DNA of 64,000 bases from a virus (Duplodnaviria; Caudoviricetes): the IMG/VR virus record IMGVR_UViG_3300032307_000180, positions 2,045 to 66,044 of that record. One strand, 5' to 3'. Both the position numbers and the translations under genes were made by a program. Positions within the stretch are counted from its first letter, which is position 1. Each line of letters starts with the position of its first letter. This document shows, piece after piece, positions 1 to 9,343 of the stretch. The notes beneath the pieces are model-generated. The model made no database searches and was not told the origin of the DNA. It saw nothing but the letters and a program-made list of their open reading frames with translations.

Positions 1-1
1 C

Positions 2-841
2 CAAGCAGTACTCCAGCTGGCACAGTCAGCTCCTCAACTCTACAATCTCCCGCTCCTACACCGTCAGATGGTCGAGGTCCTTGGTATCAAGAACGCGGCT
101 AAGCTTATTCCGATGGAAGATGACATGGTGCCGACAGACCCTGTGTCCGAGAACCAGAACATTCTGAAGATGAAGCCTGTGAAGGCGTTTATCGAGCAGG
201 ACCATCAGGCTCATATTGCAGTGCACATGGCTGCTATGCAGGACCCGAAGATTATGCAGTTGGTTCAGTCAAGCCCGTTGGCTCAGCAGATTGGCGCAGC
301 GATGTCAGCCCATATTGCAGAGCACTTAGGCTTCGAGTACAGAAAGCAGATCGAAGCTCAGCTTGGTATGCCGTTGCCTCCGATGCCAGAACCAGGCGAA
401 GACGCTCCGCGCATGGACCCAATGATGGCAGCTCAAGTAGCTCAGATGTCTGCTCAAGCAGCTCAACAGTTGTTGCAGAGAAACGTGCAGGAAGCTCAGG
501 CTCAACAGGCAGCTCAACAAGCCGCAGACCCACTCATCCAGATGCAGCAGGAAGAGTTGGCGATTAAGAAGGCCGAGCTTGCACGCAAGCAACAGAAAGA
601 CATCATGGACGGAGCAGCTAAGGCCGACCAGATTGAGGTTGAGAAAGAGCGTATCGCCGCTCAGAAAGAAATCGCTGGCATGCAGGTTGGTGCCAAGGTT
701 GCCAAGGACAAGGAAGAACTCCAGTCACGCAACCAGTTGGAAGGTTTACGTATCGGTAAAGATATTGCTAGAGACAGGGCCCAGATGGCTGCACAAAATC
801 GCCAGAAGGTACAACAACCCAATAAAAAGGGGGATGATTGA
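2..841 (+). CDS. Portal protein, C-terminal part (5' truncated)
   Basis: The frame is open from base 2 (QAVLQLAQSAPQLYNLPLLHRQM...). It has the Q/M/A-rich coiled-coil tail typical of P22-like portals and precedes the GroES-scaffold-capsid genes. TerL is at the other window end. Confidence 0.75.
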   Translation, partial: QAVLQLAQSAPQLYNLPLLHRQMVEVLGIKNAAKLIPMEDDMVPTDPVSENQNILKMKPVKAFIEQDHQAHIAVHMAAMQDPKIMQLVQSSPLAQQIGAAMSAHIAEHLGFEYRKQIEAQLGMPLPPMPEPGEDAPRMDPMMAAQVAQMSAQAAQQLLQRNVQEAQAQQAAQQAADPLIQMQQEELAIKKAELARKQQKDIMDGAAKADQIEVEKERIAAQKEIAGMQVGAKVAKDKEELQSRNQLEGLRIGKDIARDRAQMAAQNRQKVQQPNKKGDD

Positions 842-1029
842 ACAATTTCGATTATCTGATTAAAGAGTTTCAGGATGAACTAAACGTTCATTCTCAGTCG
901 ATCATAGCTGGTAGACCTCAGACCATCGAGGAATACCGGCAGGTAGTAGGCACAATCCGAGGTCTGGAGTCTGCTATTCAAATAACCAAAGACCTCGTGC
1001 AAAGACTGGAGAACTCTGATGACGATTGA
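838..1029 (+). CDS. Small hypothetical protein (portal-GroES linker gene)
   Basis: Overlaps both neighbours, has an upstream purine-rich RBS and the motif EEYRQVVGTIRGL. Confidence 0.7.
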   Translation: MNNFDYLIKEFQDELNVHSQSIIAGRPQTIEEYRQVVGTIRGLESAIQITKDLVQRLENSDDD

Positions 1030-1417
1030 TTTGTCACAAGCTGTCGACTTATCTGCTGTACTCGATAAGACCGATGAAGATAAAGCAACACAACTGCCAG
1101 AACCATCTGGCTACCGCATTCTCTGTGCAATTCCAGAGATTGAGGACAAGTATGACAGCGGCATCATTAAAGCTGATTCAACCATGCACTATGAAGAAGT
1201 CCTATCAACGGTCTTTTTTGTAGTCAAAATGGGTCCTGATTGTTACAAAGATCCGGCTCGTTTCCCAAGTGGTGCTTGGTGTAAGGTAGGTGACTTCATC
1301 TTGGCTCGTCCAAATTCAGGCACACGTCTAAAGATTCATGGTCGTGAGTTCCGAATTATTAATGACGATTCCGTAGAAGGAGTTGTTGAAGACCCACGTG
1401 GTATCAAACGTGTTTAA
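1019..1417 (+). CDS. GroES-like co-chaperonin
   Basis: Cpn10 pattern: P-SGYRIL, SGII mobile loop, VVKMGP, KVGDFIL, GREFRIINDDSVEGVV. Confidence 0.85.
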   Translation: MTIDLSQAVDLSAVLDKTDEDKATQLPEPSGYRILCAIPEIEDKYDSGIIKADSTMHYEEVLSTVFFVVKMGPDCYKDPARFPSGAWCKVGDFILARPNSGTRLKIHGREFRIINDDSVEGVVEDPRGIKRV

Positions 1418-1447
1418 CCCGCTATAAGCGTGCATAAGGAGTAACAA

Positions 1448-2443
1448 ATGGCAGAATTTATGGAAGAATTTAAGTTCCCTGACGAAATAGAGCAGGAAAA
1501 GAAAGTTACTGAGGCGGCAGAAGATGCAGCCAACGTAGCAGAACCTGAGTCAGAGATTGAAATCGTAGACGACACACCTCCAGAGGACCGTGGCCGTCAG
1601 CCTGGCGAAGTGCCAGAAGAAATCCCAGAAGCTAAGCTATCTAAATACGACGAGAGCATCCAAGCTCGTATGAAGAAGTTTACTAAGGGTTACCACGATG
1701 AGCGCCGTGCCAAAGAAGCGGCAGAGCGTGAACGTGATGAGGCTATCCGTGCGGCTAAGATTATGGCTGAAGAAGCCAAAAAGCTACAGCAGCAGCTTGA
1801 AGAAGGCAGCAAGATGTTTATCGACCAAGGTAAATCAGCTGCTCAGATGGAATTGGAAGCTGCAAAACGCCAATTTAAAGAAGCTTATGAGGCAGGTGAC
1901 AGCGACTTATTAGCTGAAGCCCAGTTTAAAATCTCGCAAGCAACTTTAAAGATGGATAAGGCTGATTCATTAAAGCCTTTACAAACTAAAGAATTTGATG
2001 TACAAATACCAACATACGACGTTCAAGAGCAGCAGCAACAGCAAGTTGACCCTCGTACGGCTAAGTGGCTAGATGAAAACCCTTGGTACGGCGATGACGA
2101 TGAGATGAGTGCTTCAGCCCTTGGATTGCACAAAAAGTTAGAGAAACAATTCGGAAAGCAATACATCGGTTCGGAAGAATATTTTAAGACCATTGACGAC
2201 ACAATGAAGCGTCGTTTCCCCGAATACTTCGGGAGCGCTGTACAAGAAGACAATTCCGAGGAAGAGGAAAAACCTCAAGCTCGTGCCAAGCCAGCAAGTA
2301 ACGTAGTAGCTCCGGCCACTCGTAGTACTGCTCCAAGTAAGGTAAAACTTACTAAATCTCAGGTAGCAATTGCCAAGAAATTGGGAGTGCCACTAGAGCT
2401 ATACGCCAAAAAGGTTGCTGAACAAATGAAAGGAAACCAGTAA
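1448..2443 (+). CDS. Putative capsid scaffolding protein
   Basis: Acidic and coiled-coil, with a C-terminal helical motif (LTKSQVAIAKKLGVPLELYAK). Strong RBS; lies upstream of the capsid genes. Confidence 0.7.
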   Translation: MAEFMEEFKFPDEIEQEKKVTEAAEDAANVAEPESEIEIVDDTPPEDRGRQPGEVPEEIPEAKLSKYDESIQARMKKFTKGYHDERRAKEAAERERDEAIRAAKIMAEEAKKLQQQLEEGSKMFIDQGKSAAQMELEAAKRQFKEAYEAGDSDLLAEAQFKISQATLKMDKADSLKPLQTKEFDVQIPTYDVQEQQQQQVDPRTAKWLDENPWYGDDDEMSASALGLHKKLEKQFGKQYIGSEEYFKTIDDTMKRRFPEYFGSAVQEDNSEEEEKPQARAKPASNVVAPATRSTAPSKVKLTKSQVAIAKKLGVPLELYAKKVAEQMKGNQ

Positions 2444-2892
2444 TGGAACAGAATCGTAAACCACGTAGTACCGAAACTCGTGAAACAACCGCACGTCCAA
2501 AGCAGTGGGCGCCCGCGGAGCTCTTGCCAGAACCTGACAAGCAAGCCGGTTTTGCTTACCGCTGGATCCGTGTTTCGATGCTTAACAACGCTGACCCACG
2601 TAACCTCTCTGCCAAATTACGAGAAGGTTGGGAGCCTGTTAGAGCTGAAGAACAACCCGCATTACAACTGCTAGTCGACCCAAATAGTCGTTTTAAAGAC
2701 AACATTGAAGTCGGCGGGTTATTACTTTGCAAGACCCCGATTGAATTTGTGGAGCAACGGAATCAACATTTCCAAAAGCTAACAGATGACCAAACGGCGG
2801 CTGTAGATAATAGCTTGATGAGAGCGAACGACCCACGCATGCCATTGTTTAACGACAAGAAGTCAAGCGTATCGTTCGGTAAAGGCAAGTAA
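2443..2892 (+). CDS. Conserved head-region hypothetical protein
   Basis: TAATG coupling to the scaffold gene; motifs YRWIR and REGWEPV. Confidence 0.7.
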   Translation: MEQNRKPRSTETRETTARPKQWAPAELLPEPDKQAGFAYRWIRVSMLNNADPRNLSAKLREGWEPVRAEEQPALQLLVDPNSRFKDNIEVGGLLLCKTPIEFVEQRNQHFQKLTDDQTAAVDNSLMRANDPRMPLFNDKKSSVSFGKGK

Positions 2893-2916
2893 TTTTATTA
2901 ATTTAAGGAGTATTAA

Positions 2917-3543
2917 ATGGCTTATCCAACAGTAAGCGCTCCATACGGTTTTCAACCTGTTAATCGTCAAGATGGCATGCCATATGCTGGTGCGACTACC
3001 CAATACGGTATCAAATCAGTATCAACAGCTATCTACAACGGTGACTTGGTTTTAATCAATGATGGTGTCGTTAAATCAACAGTAACAGATACTTCAGTTT
3101 TGTCAGTTGCTAACCAAGCAAACTTGACAGCTGGTGTATTTGTAGGCTGCCAGTACGTAAACACTTTAGGTCAGACAGTTCAGTCACAGTATTACCCAGG
3201 TAACGCTGCCGCTTCTTCTGCTATCGCTTATGTGGTAGTTGACGAAAACGCTGCTTACAAAGTAGCTGTAACTAACGGTTCTGGTGTAATGTCTTCAACA
3301 ACTACTAAAGCTATCGGTGTTAACTTGGCTGTAGATCAGGAAGCTGGTTCTGCAACTACTGGTAACTCTGGTAACGGTGTAACAGCTCCAACAGCCGGTT
3401 CTGGTAACGCTGCTACATTGCCTGTTAAGGTAATCGCAGTTGTTCCTGAGACAGCTATTAACGCAACAAACTTCCGCGAAGTTATTGTTGTATTGAACAA
3501 CCCACAGTTGACATCCGCTACTGGCGGCGTTAACTTCGCTTAA
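2917..3543 (+). CDS. Putative capsid decoration/minor capsid protein
   Basis: APYGFQPV start, beta-rich composition, highly biased codons, strong RBS, immediately before the MCP. Confidence 0.6.
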   Translation: MAYPTVSAPYGFQPVNRQDGMPYAGATTQYGIKSVSTAIYNGDLVLINDGVVKSTVTDTSVLSVANQANLTAGVFVGCQYVNTLGQTVQSQYYPGNAAASSAIAYVVVDENAAYKVAVTNGSGVMSSTTTKAIGVNLAVDQEAGSATTGNSGNGVTAPTAGSGNAATLPVKVIAVVPETAINATNFREVIVVLNNPQLTSATGGVNFA

Positions 3544-3555
3544 GGAGCTACTTAA

Positions 3556-4467
3556 ATGGCTATTTCTCGCGCCCAACTCTTAAAAGAGTTACTACCTGGC
3601 TTGAACGCATTGTTCGGACTTGAGTACGCACGTTATGGTGAAGAGCACAAAGAAATCTACGAAACAGAGACTTCTGAGCGTTCTTTCGAAGAAGAAACAA
3701 AACTTTCAGGCTTCACAGCTGCCCCTGTTAAAAACGAAGGCTCAGCCATCGCTTATGACAACGGTCAAGAAGCTTGGACAGCTCGCTATACACACGAGAC
3801 TATCGCAATGGGCTTCAGCTTAACTGAAGAAGCTATTGAAGATAACTTGTATGACAGCTTGTCTGGTCGTTACACGAAAGCTTTGGCTCGTTCAATGGCT
3901 TACACTAAGCAAGTTAAAGCTGCTAACGTTATCAATAACGGCTTCACAGCCGGTTACACTGGTGGCGACGGCAAGACTTTGTTTGCAACAGACCATCCAT
4001 TGATCTCTGGTGGCACAAACAGCAACACACCATCTACACAATCAGACTTGAACGAAACATCATTGGAAAATGCTGTTATTCAAATCGCTGCTTGGACAGA
4101 TGAGCGTGGTCTTTTGATCGCTGCTAAGCCACGTAAGTTGATCGTTCCACCTGCATTACAGTTCGTTGCAACTCGCTTGCTTGAGACTGAATTGCGTGTT
4201 GGTACAGCCGATAACGACATCAACGCAATCAAGAACAACGGTTCTATCCCTGAAGGTTACACAGTTAACCACTTCTTGACAGATAGCAACGGTTGGTATT
4301 TGACTACTGATGTACCTAACGGTATGAAGCACTTTGTTCGTACACCTATGTCTACAGGCATGGACGGTGACTTTGACACCGGTAACGTACGTTACAAGGC
4401 TCGTGAGCGTTACTCATTTGGATATTCAGATCCATTGGGTATGTTCGGTTCATCTGGTGCGGCGTAA
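3556..4467 (+). CDS. Major capsid protein (Mu gpT-like, HK97 fold)
   Basis: 303 aa with strong codon bias and RBS. Motifs EEAIEDNLY, GDGKTLFATDHP, PRKLIVPP, DFDTGNVRYKARERYSFG. Followed by a terminator. Confidence 0.9.
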   Translation: MAISRAQLLKELLPGLNALFGLEYARYGEEHKEIYETETSERSFEEETKLSGFTAAPVKNEGSAIAYDNGQEAWTARYTHETIAMGFSLTEEAIEDNLYDSLSGRYTKALARSMAYTKQVKAANVINNGFTAGYTGGDGKTLFATDHPLISGGTNSNTPSTQSDLNETSLENAVIQIAAWTDERGLLIAAKPRKLIVPPALQFVATRLLETELRVGTADNDINAIKNNGSIPEGYTVNHFLTDSNGWYLTTDVPNGMKHFVRTPMSTGMDGDFDTGNVRYKARERYSFGYSDPLGMFGSSGAA

Positions 4468-4484
4468 TCTGCACTAACGAACGG

Positions 4485-4510
4485 AAAGGGGCTTCGGCCC
4501 CTTTTTTATT
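4485..4510 (+). terminator. Rho-independent terminator after MCP
   Basis: GGGGC-TTCG-GCCCC hairpin (4488-4501) followed by TTTTTT. Confidence 0.85.
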
Positions 4511-4522
4511 TGTAAAAAAAAG

Positions 4523-4550
4523 TTGCAACTTCCTGAAATTAGAGTAATAT
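4523..4550 (+). promoter_or_regulatory. Possible sigma70 promoter
   Basis: TTGCAA-16 nt-TAATAT, just upstream of the structured leader. Confidence 0.4.
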
Positions 4551-4556
4551 TACTGA

Positions 4557-4632
4557 AACCGGGTAAACCGGCTTGTTAGACTGTCCCGGCAGACGCTTAC
4601 ACGACTAACGAGCTTAAACTTTGTAAGAAGGA
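4557..4632 (+). ncRNA. Structured RNA, candidate Mu-gpT-DE motif
   Basis: Stem 4571-4579/4605-4613, an inner hairpin, and a possible pseudoknot 4596-4601/4622-4627. It lies downstream of a gpT-like capsid gene, the context that defines this RNA family. Confidence 0.6.
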
Positions 4633-4638
4633 TTCAAA

Positions 4639-4947
4639 ATGGCTAATACTACATTCAGCGGTCCAGTACGCTCAGAGAATGGTTTTCAAACTGTTTCTGT
4701 AAATTCAACAACTGGCGCAGTAACTACAACTTCTACGATTGGTCCAGCTTCATCTGTAACTAGCGTAACTGTATCTTCATTCTTGGCTTTAACGCCAATC
4801 CTAACTTCTGCATTACCAACTGCCGCAACAGCTAACCGTGGTCAAGTGCGTTTAATCAGCGACAATGGTTCTGGTAACAACGAGTTCTGTTTGGTAATCA
4901 GCACAGGTTCTGCTTGGGTTACTGCTGTTGGCGCTGCTTTAAGTTAA
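4639..4947 (+). CDS. Putative virion protein
   Basis: MANTTFSGPVRSENGF start, T/S-rich, RBS present. Confidence 0.7.
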   Translation: MANTTFSGPVRSENGFQTVSVNSTTGAVTTTSTIGPASSVTSVTVSSFLALTPILTSALPTAATANRGQVRLISDNGSGNNEFCLVISTGSAWVTAVGAALS

Positions 4948-4989
4948 TCTTAGGGGCTTCGGCCCCACTTAAAATTTAGGAGATTAATT

Positions 4990-5280
4990 ATGGGTATGCA
5001 ATATGATGTAAAGTCAACGGCAATTGCTGCGGGACAGACCAATGCAGCTGTATTTGCTGGTCCAGCTCGTATTAAAGGTATGGTTGTTGGTATTCCTACA
5101 GCTGGTGGCACTCTAACTTTGCGTGATGGTTCAGGTGGCGCAGTTGCGTTTTCACTTGTAATTCCAGCAAACTCAGGCGGTGCAAGCACTGTTGTTATTC
5201 CTGGCGAAGGTATTCGTTGTGATAACGGCATCTATGCTACTACTCCAGCTAACCTAACAGTAACCGTGTTTTATGGCTAA
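4990..5280 (+). CDS. Putative small beta-rich virion protein
   Basis: RBS AGGAG; C-terminal IPGEGIRCDNGIY. Confidence 0.7.
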   Translation: MGMQYDVKSTAIAAGQTNAAVFAGPARIKGMVVGIPTAGGTLTLRDGSGGAVAFSLVIPANSGGASTVVIPGEGIRCDNGIYATTPANLTVTVFYG

Positions 5281-5530
5281 GAAAAAAGGTGTCTCTCTAG
5301 CCGTCGGTCGTGGTGAGAAGCTACCTGTCTCGAAAGGGGCAGGTCTTACAGCTAAAGGCCGCGCTAAGTACAACAAAGCTACTGGGTCTAACCTGAAGGC
5401 TCCCCAGCCAGAGGGCGGTCCACGTAAACGTTCGTTCTGCGCACGTATGTCAGGTATGCCTGGTCCAATGAAAGACGAGAACGGGAAACCGACTCGTAAA
5501 GCAGCGAGTTTAAAACGATGGAAATGTTAA
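5273..5530 (+). CDS. Basic hypothetical protein
   Basis: Overlap-coupled; motifs RKRSFCARMSG and SLKRWKC. Confidence 0.7.
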   Translation: MAKKKGVSLAVGRGEKLPVSKGAGLTAKGRAKYNKATGSNLKAPQPEGGPRKRSFCARMSGMPGPMKDENGKPTRKAASLKRWKC

Positions 5531-5766
5531 TCTGGAACGTTATTCTTACGGCATTTTTAGCCTTATTGGGGTTTGTTTTGAAAGACAAAGCTGACGAAAT
5601 TAAGTCTTTACGTACTCTTCTTAGCAAGACTCGTGAGGAACATGCTCGTGATTATGTAACAAAAGCCGAAGTACACAACGACATTAACCGTGTTTTAGAC
5701 CGTATTGACCGTCTAGAAAACAAGATTGACCTGTTTATTAGGGAGCAAAAAAGTGCCCTCAACTAG
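5518..5766 (+). CDS. Small membrane-anchored coiled-coil protein
   Basis: N-terminal hydrophobic helix followed by a heptad pattern. Confidence 0.7.
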   Translation: MEMLIWNVILTAFLALLGFVLKDKADEIKSLRTLLSKTREEHARDYVTKAEVHNDINRVLDRIDRLENKIDLFIREQKSALN

Positions 5767-6085
5767 TAAAAAACAACACAACTTTATGGCTGCTGTAGCC
5801 AAGAACCCAGCTTTTGCTAAAAAGGTTGGGGTTAAATCCTCAATAGGTGAGGAATTTTTAAAGGCCGATAAAGGCAAAACTTTTAAAAAAGGTGGCGAAA
5901 TGAAACATTCAGATATTGCAAAAGACAAGCCCATGATGAAAAAAGTAGCAGCTGAAGCTGTTAAAGGTCATGAAAAGAAAATGCACAAGATGGCTAAGGG
6001 TGGCGTAACCCGTGCTGACGGCTGCGTAACTAAAGGCCATACAAAAGGCAAAATGGTTAAGATGGCTTACGGCGGTAAGTGCTAA
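5753..6085 (+). CDS. Basic protein with xxKGG motifs
   Basis: Start moved to GTG 5753 (MPSTSKKQHNFM) because of the GGAG RBS; contains FKKGG, MAKGG, MAYGG. Confidence 0.7.
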   Translation: MPSTSKKQHNFMAAVAKNPAFAKKVGVKSSIGEEFLKADKGKTFKKGGEMKHSDIAKDKPMMKKVAAEAVKGHEKKMHKMAKGGVTRADGCVTKGHTKGKMVKMAYGGKC

Positions 6086-6327
6086 TGAAAGCCTTAAAAG
6101 ACCTAAGCGATAAAGTAAGTGACTTCGCTGATAAACGTGGTTTAGCTAACCCTGTTGAGGTAATTAATGAAGCTCTTGGTGGCGAGACTCGTGAAGAGTC
6201 TAAAAAACGCCGTGAAGAAGCTAAAAAAGAAACCTTAGAGCCGGTTAAAAAAGCTAAGGGTGGTTCAGTTAAATCAGCTTCTGCACGTGCTGACGGATGT
6301 GCAATCCGTGGAAAGACTAGGGCTTAA
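6085..6327 (+). CDS. Basic hypothetical protein
   Basis: TAATG coupling; its KAKGG...RADGC tail resembles that of the previous gene. Confidence 0.7.
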   Translation: MKALKDLSDKVSDFADKRGLANPVEVINEALGGETREESKKRREEAKKETLEPVKKAKGGSVKSASARADGCAIRGKTRA

Positions 6328-6328
6328 T

Positions 6329-6604
6329 ATGAGAGCTTCTCGTGGTATGGGTGACATCAATCCAAGCAAAATGCCTGGTAAGAAAGTTATCAAACGTAAA
6401 GACAAACCTCAAGACGTAGATATGTACGCTGAAGGTGGTAAGGTCAACGCCGCGGGAAATTACACTAAGCCTGAACTACGTAAGCGTATTGTGTCTCAGG
6501 TCAAAGCTGCGGCAACGCATGGTACGGCTGCTGGCCAATGGTCAGCCCGTAAAGCCCAGCTTGTAGCTAAGAAGTATAAAGCAGCTGGTGGTGGGTATAA
6601 GTAA
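6329..6604 (+). CDS. Basic hypothetical protein
   Basis: ATG 2 nt after the previous stop; motifs YAEGG and GQWSARKAQ. Confidence 0.7.
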   Translation: MRASRGMGDINPSKMPGKKVIKRKDKPQDVDMYAEGGKVNAAGNYTKPELRKRIVSQVKAAATHGTAAGQWSARKAQLVAKKYKAAGGGYK

Positions 6605-6852
6605 TGGCGCTAGCTAAAAGCCAACGTTCTTTAAAGGCTTGGGGCGACCAGAAATGGACAACCAAGTCTGGCAAGAAGTCATCTGAAACAGGTGAAAGAT
6701 ACTTGCCTGAAAAGGCAATTAAGGCTTTGAGCCCGCAGGAATACGCAGCAACTACTAAGGCTAAGCGTGCTGGTAAAGCGGCTGGTAAACAGTTTGTAGC
6801 TCAGCCAAAGAGCATCAAAGCTAAAGTAAAACCGTATAGGAAAGTCAAATGA
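6604..6852 (+). CDS. Basic hypothetical protein
   Basis: TAATG coupling; motif ETGERYLP. Confidence 0.7.
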   Translation: MALAKSQRSLKAWGDQKWTTKSGKKSSETGERYLPEKAIKALSPQEYAATTKAKRAGKAAGKQFVAQPKSIKAKVKPYRKVK

Positions 6853-7772
6853 CAACATCTAGCACAACAGCTTTTAATTTAGACCTCAACGATTTAATCG
6901 AAGAGGCGTTTGAGCGTTGCGGCCTTGAGTTACGTACTGGTTACGACTTCCGTACGGCTAGACGTTCATTGAACCTACTCACTGTAGAGTGGGCGAACCG
7001 TGGTATCAACCTATGGACGGTTGAGCAGGGGCAAATCGTTATGAATACTGGGCAGGCTACATACGCACTGCCTAACGATACGATTGACCTTTTGGACCAA
7101 ACTATTCGTCAGAACAACGGTACAACTAATCAGATCGACATCAACATCAGTCGTATCTCAGAACCTACATACATGACCATTCCTAATAAGCTGACCCAAG
7201 GTCGCCCTATTCAGGTGTGGATTAACCGTCAATCTGGTCAAACAAACGCTATAGCATCGACTACTTTGAACGGTGCTATTACTGCTACAGATACAACAAT
7301 CACACTAACTTCAACAATTGGTTTGGCTACGTCAGGCTTTATCAAGGTTGATAACGAAACGATTGTTTACTCAAACATCAGCGGTAATCAGTTATTAAAC
7401 TGCGCTCGTGGACAAGCTAATACAACGGCGGCTTCTCATTTGACTGGGGCGTCTGTGTATACGCAGAATCTACCTTCAATCAACGTATGGCCTACTCCTA
7501 ATGCTGGTGGCGGCTATGTGTTTGTGTACTACCGTCTACGCCGTATGCAGGACGCTGGTAACGGGGTTACTGAGCAGGACATCCCATTTAGATTTGTGCC
7601 GTGTATGGTTGCTGGCTTGGCTTACTACATTGCTATGAAGAAGCCTGAAGTGGCTCCTGACCGTATTGCGATGTTAAAAGCCGATTATGAACAGCAGTTC
7701 CAGTTAGCGTCAGAAGAAGACCGTGAAAAAGCACCAATAAGATTCGTTCCAAGGACAATCTTCTATGCCTAA
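6849..7772 (+). CDS. Putative head-tail adaptor (neck) protein with inserted beta domain
   Basis: LIEEAFERCG...ARRSLNLL helical N-terminus and GLAYYIA...YEQQF C-terminus, typical of adaptor/tail tubular A proteins. Confidence 0.6.
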   Translation: MTTSSTTAFNLDLNDLIEEAFERCGLELRTGYDFRTARRSLNLLTVEWANRGINLWTVEQGQIVMNTGQATYALPNDTIDLLDQTIRQNNGTTNQIDINISRISEPTYMTIPNKLTQGRPIQVWINRQSGQTNAIASTTLNGAITATDTTITLTSTIGLATSGFIKVDNETIVYSNISGNQLLNCARGQANTTAASHLTGASVYTQNLPSINVWPTPNAGGGYVFVYYRLRRMQDAGNGVTEQDIPFRFVPCMVAGLAYYIAMKKPEVAPDRIAMLKADYEQQFQLASEEDREKAPIRFVPRTIFYA

Positions 7773-8196
7773 TCGTTTTGCTTCTGGTAAGTACGCTATT
7801 GCCCAGTGCGATAGATGTAACTTCCGCTACAAGCTGAAAGAACTGAAACGGTTAATTATTAAAACCAAGAACATTAACATCTTGGTTTGCCCAGAATGTT
7901 GGGAACCTGACCAGCCGCAGTTGCTATTGGGTATGTACCCAGTGGATGACCCGCAAGCGGTTAGAAACCCAAGACCAGATAGCCCCAGTTATGAGCAGTC
8001 TGGTACAAGCGGTTTGCAAGAACTTTTGACTGATAGCCCAAGCCAATTAGGTATTGGTTATCCAGAAGGTGGTAGTAGGATATTTCAGTGGGGTTGGGCG
8101 CCTGTAGGTGGGGCGAGTTATTTTGATACAGCTTTAACACCAAATGACTTGATTGCGGTGGGACAAGTTGGTACAGTTACAATTAATATTTCTTAG
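7765..8196 (+). CDS. Zinc-ribbon hypothetical protein
   Basis: CDRC...CPEC motifs. Confidence 0.7.
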   Translation: MPNRFASGKYAIAQCDRCNFRYKLKELKRLIIKTKNINILVCPECWEPDQPQLLLGMYPVDDPQAVRNPRPDSPSYEQSGTSGLQELLTDSPSQLGIGYPEGGSRIFQWGWAPVGGASYFDTALTPNDLIAVGQVGTVTINIS

Positions 8197-8205
8197 GAGT
8201 AAATC

Positions 8206-8400
8206 ATGGGTTATAAGTCAGGCGCAGACGGTATCACTAAAAAAGGTAAGACTAAAGGTCGCAATCTTGGCGATTCAGGTCCATCAGTAGGTATCGAAAA
8301 AGGTCCTAAACATTCAGGCAGCAAAGGTGGCAAAACCAACGCTGACATGAAGAAAATGGGTCGTGGTCTAGCTAAGATCGCTGCTCAAAAGAAAGGCTAA
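8206..8400 (+). CDS. Small basic protein
   Basis: Strong RBS; K/G-rich. Confidence 0.7.
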   Translation: MGYKSGADGITKKGKTKGRNLGDSGPSVGIEKGPKHSGSKGGKTNADMKKMGRGLAKIAAQKKG

Positions 8401-8402
8401 TC

Positions 8403-8663
8403 ATGGCTTACAGCATGAAAAAAGGCGGGAAAGAAGTAGGCCCAGCTTCTGTATATGCTGAGCCACATACTATGGATGGTAAGAAGATGAAAAACCTAAA
8501 AGACGTGGTTACTAAACCAGGTAATGGTGTTGACCAAGTTAATATGTCTGTTGGTGGTTATACCAAGAAAACCAATGACGTTATTAATAAACATGGCGAA
8601 ATGAAGATTCGCGGTACTGGTGCAGCTACTAAAGGCACTAAAGCACGTGGACCAATGGCCTAA
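8403..8663 (+). CDS. Small basic protein
   Basis: Contains MKKGG; C-terminal RGTGAATKG. Confidence 0.7.
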   Translation: MAYSMKKGGKEVGPASVYAEPHTMDGKKMKNLKDVVTKPGNGVDQVNMSVGGYTKKTNDVINKHGEMKIRGTGAATKGTKARGPMA

Positions 8664-9343
8664 TGAACTACACAGAGTTAGCCGCTAGAATACAAGCGTA
8701 CGCTGAAAACGACTTCCCAGCTTCGGCTGGTAATTTGACGTCTGCCCAGCAGATAGCTACGTTTGTTGAGCAAGCTGAAGAGCGTATTTACAACACGGTT
8801 CAGTTCCCTGCATTACGTAAAAACGTGACAGGCACACTGACTGCAAGTAATAAGTACCTATCTTGCCCAAATGACTTCTTGGCTGTTTACTCTATGGCGG
8901 TCATTCAGGCGGATGGTAGTTACGAATACCTTTTAAATAAAGACGTTAACTTCATCCGTGCAGCCTATCCAACCCCAACAGATACTGGTACACCTAAGTA
9001 CTACGCTTTGTTTGGACCGCAATACACTTTAGGAACAGAACTTTCGTTCATCCTAGGGCCAACTCCAAACGCTAACTTAACGGTTGAGCTTCATTACTTC
9101 TTCTACCCAGAGTCAATTGTTACTGCTGGCACAAGCTGGTTGGGTGACAATTACGACCCTGTGTTGTTGTATGGTGCGTTGCGTGAAGCCTACATCTACA
9201 TGCGTGGTGAGGCTGACATGATTGCTAATATTGAAGCTAAGTACCAAGAAGCCTTGGGTCAAGCTAAACGTCTTGGTGATGGCATGGAGCGTGGTGATGC
9301 GTACCGTGAAGGCCAGACTAAACTTAAATACAACGCTCTATGA
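8663..9343 (+). CDS. Putative second adaptor/tail tubular protein A-like
   Basis: Motifs FVEQAEERI, GTPKYYA, GPTP, LLYGALREAY. Confidence 0.6.
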   Translation: MNYTELAARIQAYAENDFPASAGNLTSAQQIATFVEQAEERIYNTVQFPALRKNVTGTLTASNKYLSCPNDFLAVYSMAVIQADGSYEYLLNKDVNFIRAAYPTPTDTGTPKYYALFGPQYTLGTELSFILGPTPNANLTVELHYFFYPESIVTAGTSWLGDNYDPVLLYGALREAYIYMRGEADMIANIEAKYQEALGQAKRLGDGMERGDAYREGQTKLKYNAL

